From: Octopus bimaculoides | Taxonomy: Eukaryota | Length of the DNA: 54,223 bases | Assembly (NCBI RefSeq): GCF_001194135.2 | Contig: NC_068982.1 | Coordinates: 33,295,821 to 33,350,043, forward strand | Direction of reading: 5' to 3' | Shown here: in pieces, positions 11,901 to 24,684 of the stretch | Layout of the letters: each line of letters starts with the position of its first letter | How positions within the stretch are numbered: the first letter of the stretch is position 1 | The notes under the pieces: model-generated | Told to the model about the DNA's origin: nothing | The model's input: only the letters and a program-made list of their open reading frames with translations | The model's database searches: none | Program-made: the position numbers and the translations under genes

Positions 11901-14900
11901 CATTCAATGATGATGATGATATATAGTAGTATGAGAGGTAAAAAGTGAGAAGTCCATCAATATTCCTGCAATGAGGGGATTGGAAGCATGAGATGTTTCA
12001 GATAGCAAAGTAGTCTATCAATAAAAACCAAGACACCAATGGGAAAAGTGTACACACAACATGAGCAATAGACTTGCCCTCACTGATACCAAGAAGTAGC
12101 AGGTATAGAAATGTTAATCAGAGCAGTTGCTGAATGAAGCAAACCTGTGAGAGAAAGTTTATTCCCATGTGAATCTAATAAAGGGACTAGTAACTTAATA
12201 TGACAGCTATAAAGTTGAAATGGCCATTCAGAAGGCAAGGGAAGCAGCCAGACTATCAGAGACAATCACTGAAATATTAAAAATATTTTTTGAAGTAGGA
12301 TATGCACCAGTCACATGAATAAGCAACCAGGTAGTAGAATTATTCCTATTGACCACTATAGTTATATCATAGTAGCCTAAATGATTAAGAACAAGGACTT
12401 TCAGAAAACTAATACCCATGCTGGCAAAGAAATTGTCTCCATGGGTAAAGGGTACATTAAATGATACTTGTGTACAAATTGCAATGCTGAATAATAGCAA
12501 AACATGAACATTGATATGTGAAAGCTGGAAGGAAGTGAGGCAAGCATGTAGTGCTGGATGTGAATCTTAACATGTATGAATGATGAGGCACAATCAAGCC
12601 AATAGGGAAAATGGGTAATGGTGGAATCAGATGTAACATGCAAGTGAGAGACTGAACAGGTACAAACAACCTGTCATGTATTATGGAGGATGTCAGTCAG
12701 GTAATGAAGTGCCAAGTAATCTAAAAGAATCTGAAAGGATGACAGGAGGAAATCTGCAGAAGAGGAAGAGTAAGGAAGACACAGTGAAAGCTGATGTCAG
12801 GGGTTGAACTTTGGAAAGATAATGATCAAAGGGCCCATCTGATTCATGCAAAGCATGGAGAATAAAATTACATATAATTATGATGACGACAACAATGAAG
12901 ATGATGATGATGACGATGGTAGCATACTATGTAGTACACTTCTTCTGATTTGTCTTTTACCCACTTTTTCTATCAGCTCATTTGAACTTGGTCTTCTCAT
13001 ACACACTAACATAACACATTTAGTGTAGCATACTGTCTCATTTCTTTCCAGTTTCCACATATTTACTGTATCTAATGCCCATATTTCACTAATATGCAAC
13101 ATCACACTTTGTATACAAACATCACACAATCTGGCCCTCACTCAGAAAAGAACCCTTTGTTGTCAACACACAAGCATACAGACTGGATGTTCTAATATAT
13201 TTTTTGCTACTCAGTGCAGTGAATACACTGCCAAATTAATTTTTAAGCCAAACACCTAACATTTACAACTAACTTCATACCATCAAACTTTTCCAGTGAG
13301 ATGATTAACATATGTAGCCACATCAAACTATATTTGAGCTATATAATATTAGAAAAAAAATTCTTGTCAATCCTAGTTTACATCTTGCACTTGGAAATTG
13401 AGCCAGGTGTAATGGGGAATATATAAAGCATTGCAAACTGCACTACAAGGTAATTGTCATTGCATTAGGAAGATTCATTGCTGTTATTAAATAGAATTTG
13501 AAATCAAATTCTTCACAAAAAGAGCCAATTTTTTTTTTCTACATATACTATCAATATTTAAGTAAAGGAAAAAAGAAACAAAAATGAATTGACATATATA
13601 AATTAAATAAAATATATTTTAATATTATGTCAGAAATGTTGCAAGGACCATGCACATGAGTCAAAGATAATTATTTTATTCTTAAAAAAAAAAAATCATG
13701 ATTATGTCCAGAGCCAAGTAAATTAAGTTAACAGTGGATCTTGAAGTACATAAATCTATAAATAATAATAGCATGTAAATTATTAGGATGAAAATCTCTT
13801 TTGGAAAGAAAAAGTTGAAGGCTGATTTGAGACCCATATCTCCTGTTGACATGACAGGCACTTTACCATTGGACCAAAGCAATTCTTTGAATTTCACTAT
13901 TCATTTTAGAAACTTTATTCCTACCAGTGAGAATTGTACGTTGTTGACAGCATAAAAATTTATAATCATTCAAGAGAACCTGAAATAATTCTTTTTTGAA
14001 ATAGGCCCAAAAACGTAATGACTCCTTCAGTCACAAATGACCATAGTATTACACATAGAAAGTTACCCTCCAAGGCACAAAGTTGTTTATGAAAACCCAG
14101 GAATCACCCATGCATACCAACTTCCCCTCTCCACGCCACCAGTGTTATCCAAGGGAAAGGCAAAGACTGATACAGTTTGGCACCAGTGACATCGCAACTC
14201 ATTTCTACAGCTGAGTGAACTGGAGCAACATGAAATAAAGTGTCTTGCTCAAGAACACAACGCACAGCCCAGTCCAGAAATCGAACTCGCAACATCATGA
14301 GTGTAAGCCTGATGCTTTAACCACTGAACCATGCACCTCTACATCTCAAAGTACATAGCTCTCTCTATATAATATTTATAATAGCATATAAATATTTACA
14401 TGCTGTTATTATTTTTGGTTTTAAATGCTTTGAGATCCCCTGTTTCATAAAAGAATTTATTTCATGTTCTCTTGAAAATTTATAAAATCTTATGAAGTCA
14501 ACAAATTAACCGTTATTATCTCTAAGTTGAGATAGCTTAAATAACCAAAAAAATTTTTGATATTGTTAATATTTCAAAATTCAATCAATACCTAAAGGTA
14601 GATATGTCAATTTTATATATAATCTAAGTTTGTCTTTTTCATTTTTCTTTTTGTGCTTAGACAAATCTTGTCTACTTAAATTTAGAAAGCTGGTATTATA
14701 ATGATGGTATTTGGTGTGAAATAGATATTTTCTTTCAAATCTGAAGTTGCTTAGTTAGCCCATTTTTTTATCTTCAAAATAAATATTGCATGTAAAAAAA
14801 ATGTATTCCTGTTAAATAAAATTAAAATTATCATAGTTTAACCAATACATGTTTAAAGGAAGCTCAGTAAAGAGAGTATGGTGAAGAAGTATGTTCAATA

Positions 14901-17900
14901 AGTTATTTATGATTGATCCCCCCCCCCTATATACATACAAGATTTGATTCTTGAGTCAAGAAAATGTGATAATGGGAAATGCATGCCTCTCTCAGAAGCA
15001 TTAAACATGTAAATGAAATGAGATGATTACAACTAATAAAATGAGATTGCAGAGCAATCTTGTTCAAAGCTTACCTGTATTCTACTATATTTTACTACAT
15101 AAATGTTCAATTCATTAACTTAATTTAAAATATCATTAAGATATCATAAGAGTGTCATTGACTCTACACCTCGTTTCACACACCAAAAGGTAAAAACTAC
15201 ATATTCTCTTTAAAGCATTTTTCCCATATATCTATTTAATAGATTATAAATTATGCAGTTCAATTGAAATATGAACAGATTTAATTAGTCAGGTCTTTTA
15301 TTTTTTAAATAAATAAAGTTGTTAGGTATAACGAGTTATAACAATTAACTAATATGCTAACACTATAGAGACTTCATGATGTTTGCTTTCAAACTATGTT
15401 TCCACATCTTGAATATGTTGCTGTCATGGTAGTTCAACTGTTTTTCTCTCTAATCATCTTCTTGAGAGACCAAGTTGAAAAATGTCTGAAGACAAATCTA
15501 GAAAATACCATGACTGAATGTTGTCTCAGCAACACACCCAAGATGAAGAGGAAAAGCCCAAAAACATGAAAATCAACATAATCTAAGAAAAATACAGATA
15601 TACCAACAAGGAGAGTACATAAAATACTGAAAAAACATATATTAACATAATTCTTTCATTAGATCTCATAACTTATATGTGAAAAGCAAACAGTAGCAGA
15701 CAGTCAGAACACAGAGATAATACAAGAAAGAAAAAATTTTAAACTTAAAACTATTCTGTAAAAATATAACCATGCTAAAATTATACAGAGGTTTTAAAAT
15801 ACCAAGCTAGGGAATAAATTGATCAAGAGTATTTACATACAACATGGATTTAGAGCAGGAGAGATAGCAAGATTTTCAATTTGATGATACATATTCAGGA
15901 TAGGCTACAAGCTCAGGGTAGGTTACATTCAAATGACACTTCATACTGTACTTCAATGGTTAAGTTTCACTCAGATAGAAAGAGTGTATAAGAAGTGCCA
16001 ACATTTGCCAAAGTTGGGTATCTAGTAAAGACTGAATTTTAGTGAAATCAATCAGATCTAAAAGTTATTAGGCTCTATGTTGTTGTTGATTTTCCTGAAT
16101 GATGATGTACTTTATATGGGCAAAACCTTTAATTATTGGTGTATGTATTACACACTATTAATTCTAAACACAAATTCGAGATTGGAGTTTTGCAAAATGA
16201 AAATAACATACATTTTCCAGCATATGAGTCAGATTTTTCAGACCTAATTTACAATCAAAATAGGTGGATTGATTTACATACCAAAATGAATTTAGAGGAC
16301 CAAAAATTCCACGTGAAATGCAGCTGGATTTAAAAAGATAGTGGCAATATCTAAATGGTTACACTATATATTTACAACTTGCATACTGGAAATTAACATA
16401 CTGATATGTATTTCTGCCATTTATACATAGAACATTCTTAAAGAACTTTCACTAGTTTGTAAGAGTGTGTCTACCTCTAAATGTACCTGAGCACTGTATA
16501 CAATAAGTTCATTATTGTATATACATTATTGTATACAATAATGAACTTATTGTATATATTGTGGCTATTAGATAATAGCCACAATGTAATTATCTGAAGA
16601 GTTATTTCCCTTAATTAAAAAAAAAACACATTTTGTGGGTGCACGTATAGAAAGGCACTGGATAAGTTTTGTTTTGTATCCTTTTAAACTACCAATAACA
16701 AAGGAAGAACATTGGTAATTTCCACTGATTACCAATAAAAAAGAACTTACTGAGACTGAATAAATGAACGATAGCTAAAGATAATATTGAAACAATTGTA
16801 AATTAAAAATAAAAGTTCCTATTCTTTTGATAATAAAAAATATGTTCCTCTCTGTTGTCTCAAATACAAGAATTGATTGTTAGCATATATTCAAAACTTT
16901 TATTCATCCCAATTAGCCCTGCCATCACAAAACAGAAAAATAATATATAAAAAAACAAAAGAATAACGTACTTCACATTTACACTGACCACAAAATAATA
17001 ATCAATTCATTTTTTATATATATTGGATATGTGTAAACTGTCTTGAAAGCAGTTTACTGTGTGTAGCTTCAAGATATATAATGAAACTATTAAGGATTAA
17101 TCAATATATGTTAATAGATAAACTCTTCACAATGAAACTTTGCACAATAACAAGTAAAAGTGGGAAAAATTTTTCAGAGAATATCTATTGAGCTTCTAGA
17201 GAAAAAAAACTACATGAAACAAACAATGAGACCAAAAAGGCCAATATTGTAGAAATTCCACTCTCCAACAATTGAGAAGAATGAGGAAAAAATGAAACTG
17301 TTATATCTGGTACCTTTGAATGCTATTCCGAAAGAAAATTATTGCTGATTTTTACTTTTATTTTTTTAGAGCTGTGGCAAAAATGTCAATAAGCATATAT
17401 TTCAGAAAAAATAAAGAGAAAAACAAAAAAAAACAAAAAAAAAAATATACATAAAATAGTATTTCAGTTGATAGATAACCTGAAAGATACAAATTTAGTA
17501 AGAAAGATACACACACAATGTACCTGAAACTGATTTTGTATTTCATGATTTTAAACTGTATATACACAAATAAAATAAAAATCATTGAACTTAAAATGCA
17601 TTTTTTAAGAAATGAAAGCTCGCATGAGTTTGTTTATTAAATAATTTATACGTAATTCTCATGACAATTTAATATGTCCTAATATACTAGAAATATACTT
17701 AAACAGGTTCATGATGTAGAAAAAAATGATTTTTTTTTTTTTCTACATCATTAACCTGTTAAGAAACCGTAAAAAAAAAACTATTAAAATATTTTATGAA
17801 AAGCAAAATTACAAGCTGTCAAATACAAAATTCAGTTCACTCTATTCTAGTGGTACTAAATGAATTAAAACTTTGAAGTATTTAGAATGATAACTAAAAC

Positions 17901-20900
17901 AATTTTCAAAACAATTCAGATAAGTTAATGTGTCCCAATAATTCTATGCCACAGCTTCTGGCTAAAACCAATAATAGAATATAATTATAAGTGTAACCAA
18001 AAAATAATTACACAATGAGTTTTAATTTGCAGGTTCAATCTTATCATGTTGATGAAAACTTTAAAATGCAATATTCTCTAATTATTACATTTCTCAAAGA
18101 CTTAACAGATTTCTCTTTAAGACTAAAATACAAACTTCATAATAGTAGAACATGGTTAAGGTGGCTTAACAAAAAAGCAACTTTACCATGTCAAGAAGTC
18201 AGTCTTTAATTTACAGACTAAAATCAAATCACATATATCAGACAATTTCATAACTTTTTCATATATTTCTAAACATTGATCTAATTAGAATTAGGTGATA
18301 GAAAAAAAATAAATACATAAATACAACTTACTTTCTTTCAAGGCATACTGAAGATATTCATTCTCTAGTCCATCATCTTTCAAAGGATGTTTTTCCTACA
18401 GAATCAAACATAGTAAATTAATTTAATAAAGAAAACATACTATAAACAAAAATCTGTAGGGAATTTATTAAAAACCAAAAATATATATAATTCTTGTGAA
18501 AGATCCAATGCTAACCATTTTCGGCGAGAACACATTATTGATGTATTATGATACATAATCTATGCACTAACTCTGAAAAATGAGAAATAATCCAAGTTCT
18601 AACCGAATAAATCAGAAAATAAACGGAAAGTAACTGCTAATCTCTGGGAGATGTGGAAATTTGCTGTACTAGATAAGACGCATTGAGCTAAGTAAAATTG
18701 CTGTCTTCCACACAGACAGGCTTGTCCTTTCAGGTGCTGGTGCCACTTAAAAAGCATCCATGCCAGTGGCACATAAAAAGCACCCAGCACGCTTTGTTAA
18801 GTGATTGATATCAGGAAGAGCATCTAGCCATAGAAACCATGCCACAACAAACAGTAGGAGTCTGGACAGCTCCCCGCTAGCTAGCTCCATATCAAGCTGT
18901 CCAACCCATACCAGTACAGAAAGCCAACATACGATGAGGGTGATGATGACTACTCTATTTGTGTTTCAAAGTGAGCAGGGTAGCTTAGGCTAAAGTTTCT
19001 CTAGAGCCCTAGGTCTAGTAACACCAGAGCCTAATCTGCTTTCCATGGTGTATATGTATGACTGAGATTACAACACTCCCCACTGAATGCGACAACAATC
19101 CATCACAGGGTTAACTCCCCAGCCATTGCTGGAACCTATTTGCAGCTCAGTGGAATGAAGAATGTGAAATTATGTGTTTTTCTCAAGAACACAAGGCACC
19201 ACCCAGTCCAGGAGTAGAAATCTCAATCATATGATTGTGAGTAGAACACCCTAATCACAAGCTTTCAGAAGCAGTGAGGTGCCATGCAAAAAATACATAG
19301 TCAAAATGAGATAATTTGCCTAGGAAAGTATCTTATGAAAAGTTGGTTGTTATAAAGAGGCACAAGTAAATTATTTCAATTTGATCCAAGGAAACAAAAT
19401 GAAGCAAATAATATTTTTAGTGTCTCAACTCTCTAGTATTCAGCTTATTCTGTCAAATGCAATGCTTAAGTATTCAAGTCATTTTGAATTAATCAGGCAT
19501 TATTTCATAGCTTTGAGATCTTGACGATGTGATTGTTTATTTTCAAAATGACACTGTAGGGCAGGTGTAAAAGGCCAGATCTTACCAACTTGAAAATAAA
19601 ACGGGTAGAATATTTTGGCCAGATATGGCCAGTTTAAATGCTAAAGGGTAACCTTAATGGTCAAATAAAGCAGATTTATGCAATATTGAATAGAAATAAA
19701 ATATACGCACCATAGCTTCAGCTAAATTAGTCGAAGCTGATGACAATGTAGAGGTGTTTGGTGAGGAACTAACAATGGTGGGAGCACCATCATCATGGGA
19801 CAATAACTCTGCATACTGAACTAGAAGACCCTTCTTATCATCACAACATTTGATTATTTCTTGATCTAAGGACTTCATTTTTTCTAGAAAGAAAGAAATT
19901 GAAAAATTAGAAATTATTGATAAAATGGTTGGAGTGCTAACAGTTAAAGTTAATATTGTATTGTACATTCACACTCACACACTTTAACATATGCGAGAGA
20001 TATACTGAAGTAATCAATATACAAAATGACAACTGTTGTATTTTTGAAATCAGACACACAGATATACGTACAAACAATATTTTAATTAGGTTAGATTGTT
20101 TGAAATCCAAAAATTAGCTGTTAACTTGTGAGTATATAACAGTATCATGCAAGTAATTAGGAAGTTGAACATGATAATTACAATAAAAGATATACTAACA
20201 AAAAGTGAAGACTTCATACCAATATATCCACTTTAATATCTACAGAACTCATAAAATAAAAGGTTCTGTTGAAAAACTTTATGAAATTATAAGATTTTTC
20301 TCGAAGTTCTTTTCATTGATATTGTATGAGCAAAACAGATTCAATGAGATTCACTGGCACATAGGAAACAAAACAAACGAAACTTGTGAACAAATTCTTT
20401 TTAAAATAGTCTGTTTTGAATGAAACAAAACTACAAGGGAAATAAATTTTACTAGAATAAACTAGGTGATGTATCAAATTCAATTTTATTCAAGATTTAA
20501 CAAATGAAATGTATTAAAATACAATAATCAGTCCGATTATAATTGAAATATCAAAACATTTAAATAAAGGTAATTTTTAGATGTATATGGAAGAAATCTC
20601 AGAAACTGTGTAACATTCTAATCAGAAAGGGAGTGATGTCAAAACTGAAGTGAAAAGTGTATGCAGTATGTGTGAGAAGTGCTATGATTTATAGAAGAGA
20701 AACATGAATGCAGAGCAGCAGTGAGGACAAGAAAAATTGAATGAAAATGGTTCGAATTGACATGCAGAGTATCACTGAAAGAGAGTAAGAAATGTCAAAC
20801 AAGGAAATGTAGAGAATGCTAGGTCTAGAGTCACTGTTGGAAGTGGTGAAAAGAAATGGGATGAAATAGATAAGTCATTTGCTAACAAAAAGGATTAGAA

Positions 20901-23900
20901 GTCACTGGGTAAGAGGTGTTAAAATTGAAAGTGAATGGAAGTGGAGGAAGACTTAGAAAGATACAGATGAAGATGATAAAGGAAGAAATAAGGGCAAAAA
21001 GGTTGATGAGGGGCCTACAGAGGATAGGACAAAATGGAGAATGCTGTAATGAGCCCTGCTAGGGAAAGTGGTCATTAAAACACATGCAATGAGATGAGTT
21101 CTATAATTCACCGAAGACTGAAGTAAGGTATATTAAGCAAGTCAATTTGGCAAAGGCCACTACTCTCAATATTGTACATACATGAGCTTTTGAACTTAGC
21201 ACTGCAAATTAAAGAACCTCTCAACAATTTCAGTACTGCCACTGCTTACATTGCGTTTGTTATTATCTAGCCGTACTTATTTACAGCAAAAAGGCTAAGG
21301 CCATTTTCTAGTAAAATGTTTTGGCCAGGCATGTGACAAACTATAAACTATTAAATTCACAGCTGATTAGCTGTTATTCCATTCACTCAATCGTCAGAGC
21401 TTCCTAACAGCCAAATTACTTTAGGTTAAATCTTAAGGTTATAAATTCCAACCATATGAAAGACCATAGATAAATCACTTGCAGTTTTAACTCATTAACA
21501 AATAATTTATTAAACTAAACTTATCCTTCTCTCACACACATACAAAAAAAAACTTCAAGACTAATGTTGGTAATAGTTTAAGGAAACAATAGTTTAAATT
21601 TAAAAGAAATTTTTATTGTGATGAAATACATTTTTTATATTCTCCACATAAACTATACAAAGAACTTGGTATATGCATCGAAAATAAACATGTCAACTTG
21701 CATTTTTATTTACATTCAAGAAATTTGTATTTCATTATTTAAAAATAATGGGTTAAGATTTGTTGATATCGAAAGCAAATTTTGTCCAAAAATCAAAAAT
21801 ACACAAATATGAAAGTAGTGAGGGCAGACAGAGCAAGAAAAAGAAACACCAAGAGAGAAAGAGAGAAGAAATGAGAAAGATAGTGTGCTGTGTGTCTATG
21901 TATTATACATAAAAATAGTATATCAACTAACGAAAATATCATACGGAAGCAAAGGTGCTGTTGAAAGTATAAAGTTAAATCCTTTTAATTAGAATCAATA
22001 AGTAATACACAACCACGCAAAACTGTTTACTTAAACACATACAACTTAATGAAAGGATGTATTAATTTTATTAGAAGTAATGATTTATGTATGAAATTAA
22101 CAAATTTAACATAGACAAGGAAAAATTTTTTTTTAATGATTAGATATAAAATCATGATAAACAATTTAAAACAATTTTAAAATAGAAGATAAAACCCCTC
22201 CAATGAACATTCTAGATTATTAAAAAAACTAACCTATATAGCTTTACTACCAATCAGTGTTTTTTATGTTTTAATTAAAAAAGTTTCATGGCTAAAAGAA
22301 ATTTTAATCACTAGAGTAAACCTAAAAGTACAAAAATTTTATTGTAAAACTAATGGAAAATAATCCTGGAAGTAATATATATATAGGAACCAACAGATGT
22401 TATTGAAGATGTACACAATCAATTGTTGAACCTTTAATAACAGATAATGAATGTGATCGATTAAAACAACTTATAACTTGAAAGAAAAGGCAATAATTGG
22501 TTATTCCTTTATCAGTAGATATAAATTGATAAAAGTTCTGAAGAAGTTCATTAAGTGAACAAAGCTGGAAGGTGAAAATGCAAGAAAAATAAATACTTAG
22601 AGATATTTAAATTATGGTGGTGAAGTAACTTAGAAACAGCACTTTTGCTTCAACATGACTTTTTTAAAATTGTGACTACGAAACATCTATGAAACAATTT
22701 GATTGCAAACTCAATACAAATCTAACATGTTCATATACCAAGTAAAAGAAAGTCTTGGTTTCCAAGTGAAAACTATAAGGAGCATATACCACAGACAGTA
22801 TGTAAAAAAAAAGATACATATATATATATCACCAATTTATTTTGCTTATGTCTCTAAACTTTCTCACTCATGATACCCAAATATTCAGAAATTTGTTGAA
22901 AACATTTTTCGATATTGCAAATAATTTTTCTGAAAGTGTAACCCAAGTCAGGGAAGGAGTAAAGTGATCTGAAGAAGAAGATTTGGTAGATTTACCAAAT
23001 AATAGCCGTATTCGTTGTCTTCTAATCTCCATGATTTTCTGTTCTTCAGCTTTTTTAAATGATTGTGTAGCTTCCAACGGAACTAGAAGAAAAAATGATA
23101 ATTATGAATATAATGTTATTTAATATTATCCCAAATCAAGTCAAAGACGTAAAAAAATACCCCAATGCCTTCAAACAATATCTCAACAGATCTCTTCAAG
23201 GGATACCAGACAAATCACTTTCGCCAGGATAAATCTCAGTCATCAGCAATTCCCTACTTGAAAGGGGCCATATCACACAACTTGACTTAAAAATGACTTA
23301 ACAGATTCTCAGATGGTGCTATTAAGTTAGGTATGGCCTGGATCATTTTTTCACTAAAACATATGTAAGTTTATGCATGTTTACTATCTTCTGAAACAAG
23401 CAAAAGAAGAAATGGCATACCGTAAAAACCCATGTAATTTGCACACCTGTGTAATTTACACAGGTAATTTTCAGGATGAAATTTGTTAAAAAAAGCTTCT
23501 ATACATGTAAAATTTGCACCCAAAAGTTTTCAGAATTGCTGATATGGCAAGGGTAAAAAAGGTTTCCAATTTAGTTTTATTAAGCATAATTTCACTTACT
23601 TATGATTAGATTTTCTTAAATTTTCATTAAATAAAAATAATTTGTTTAACAAGTATCACATTAAAAGCTATTAAATTACAAAGTGTTTGTGTTGTTTATG
23701 ATACTAGCTAGCACTGTGCAGTCAAAAATGATGGCTAAATTTAAGCCAACGTGGGAGCTTGTGTGGTTGCTAAACGTGCTAAATTTCCAAATTTCCCTCA
23801 AAGCCTCCCTACAAGCTAAAAGACTAAGAATGTGAGAAAGTTGAGATAGTCACAGCTGGAATGTCTTTGATCATGGAGTTTCTATTTTACAGCCAAACTA

Positions 23901-24628
23901 TCAAAAAATAACCAACAAAACCATTTCAATAAAAAATTTATAATTTGGACCTGCCTTCTGACTAAATTAAATATAGAAATAAAAAACTATTTAAAATTCT
24001 TAAATATTTTTATCAAAATAAAATAAAATATAGGTGCTAGCATTGTTGTGTGGTATGAATCTCGCTTCCCAACTATGTGATCATAGGTTCTGTCCCACTA
24101 TGTAGAACCTTGAGCAAGTACCTTCCACTTTAGTCTTGGGTCAACCAAAGCCTCATCAATGAACTTGGTAGGCAGAAACTGGAAGTAACCCATCATAGAT
24201 GTATGTGTGTGTGTATAGTTATGTGTGTACAGGTGTGTGTGCACGTTTTTTTGTATTTGTCTCCCACCTCTGCTTGATAACTAGCATTGGTTTAATTATA
24301 TCTGTAACTTAATGGTTTTGCAAGAGATTGATAGGGTAAGTCTCTGGCATAAGAAAACAATAGATACTGTGGTCAATTCATCTGACTAAAATTCTTCAAG
24401 GTAGTGCCCCAGCATGGCTGCAGTCTAATGATTGAAACAAGTCCAAGATAAAGGATAAAAGATGAATATAAGATGAAAATGAAAAATACGATGAAATTGC
24501 CTCCCAACCACATGGTTCTGGGTTCAGTCCCAGTGTGTGACACCTTGGGCAAGTGTCTTCTACTATAGCCTCAGGCTGACCAAAACCTTGTGAGTGGATT
24601 TGGTTGATAGAAACTGAAAGAAGCCCGT

Positions 24629-24684
<56 letters not shown>

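Noticed and set aside
13820-13882. tRNA-like sequence on the minus strand
   Set aside because: A-box-like TGGTCCAATGG and a CCTGT/ACAGG stem are present, but the anticodon loop and T arm are broken; at best a decayed tRNA or SINE head
16972-16983. 12-nt microexon candidate (CAG|TGTAAATGTGAA|GTACGT)
   Set aside because: In this phase-1 intron it reads ATG TAA; there is no independent support and such motifs arise by chance
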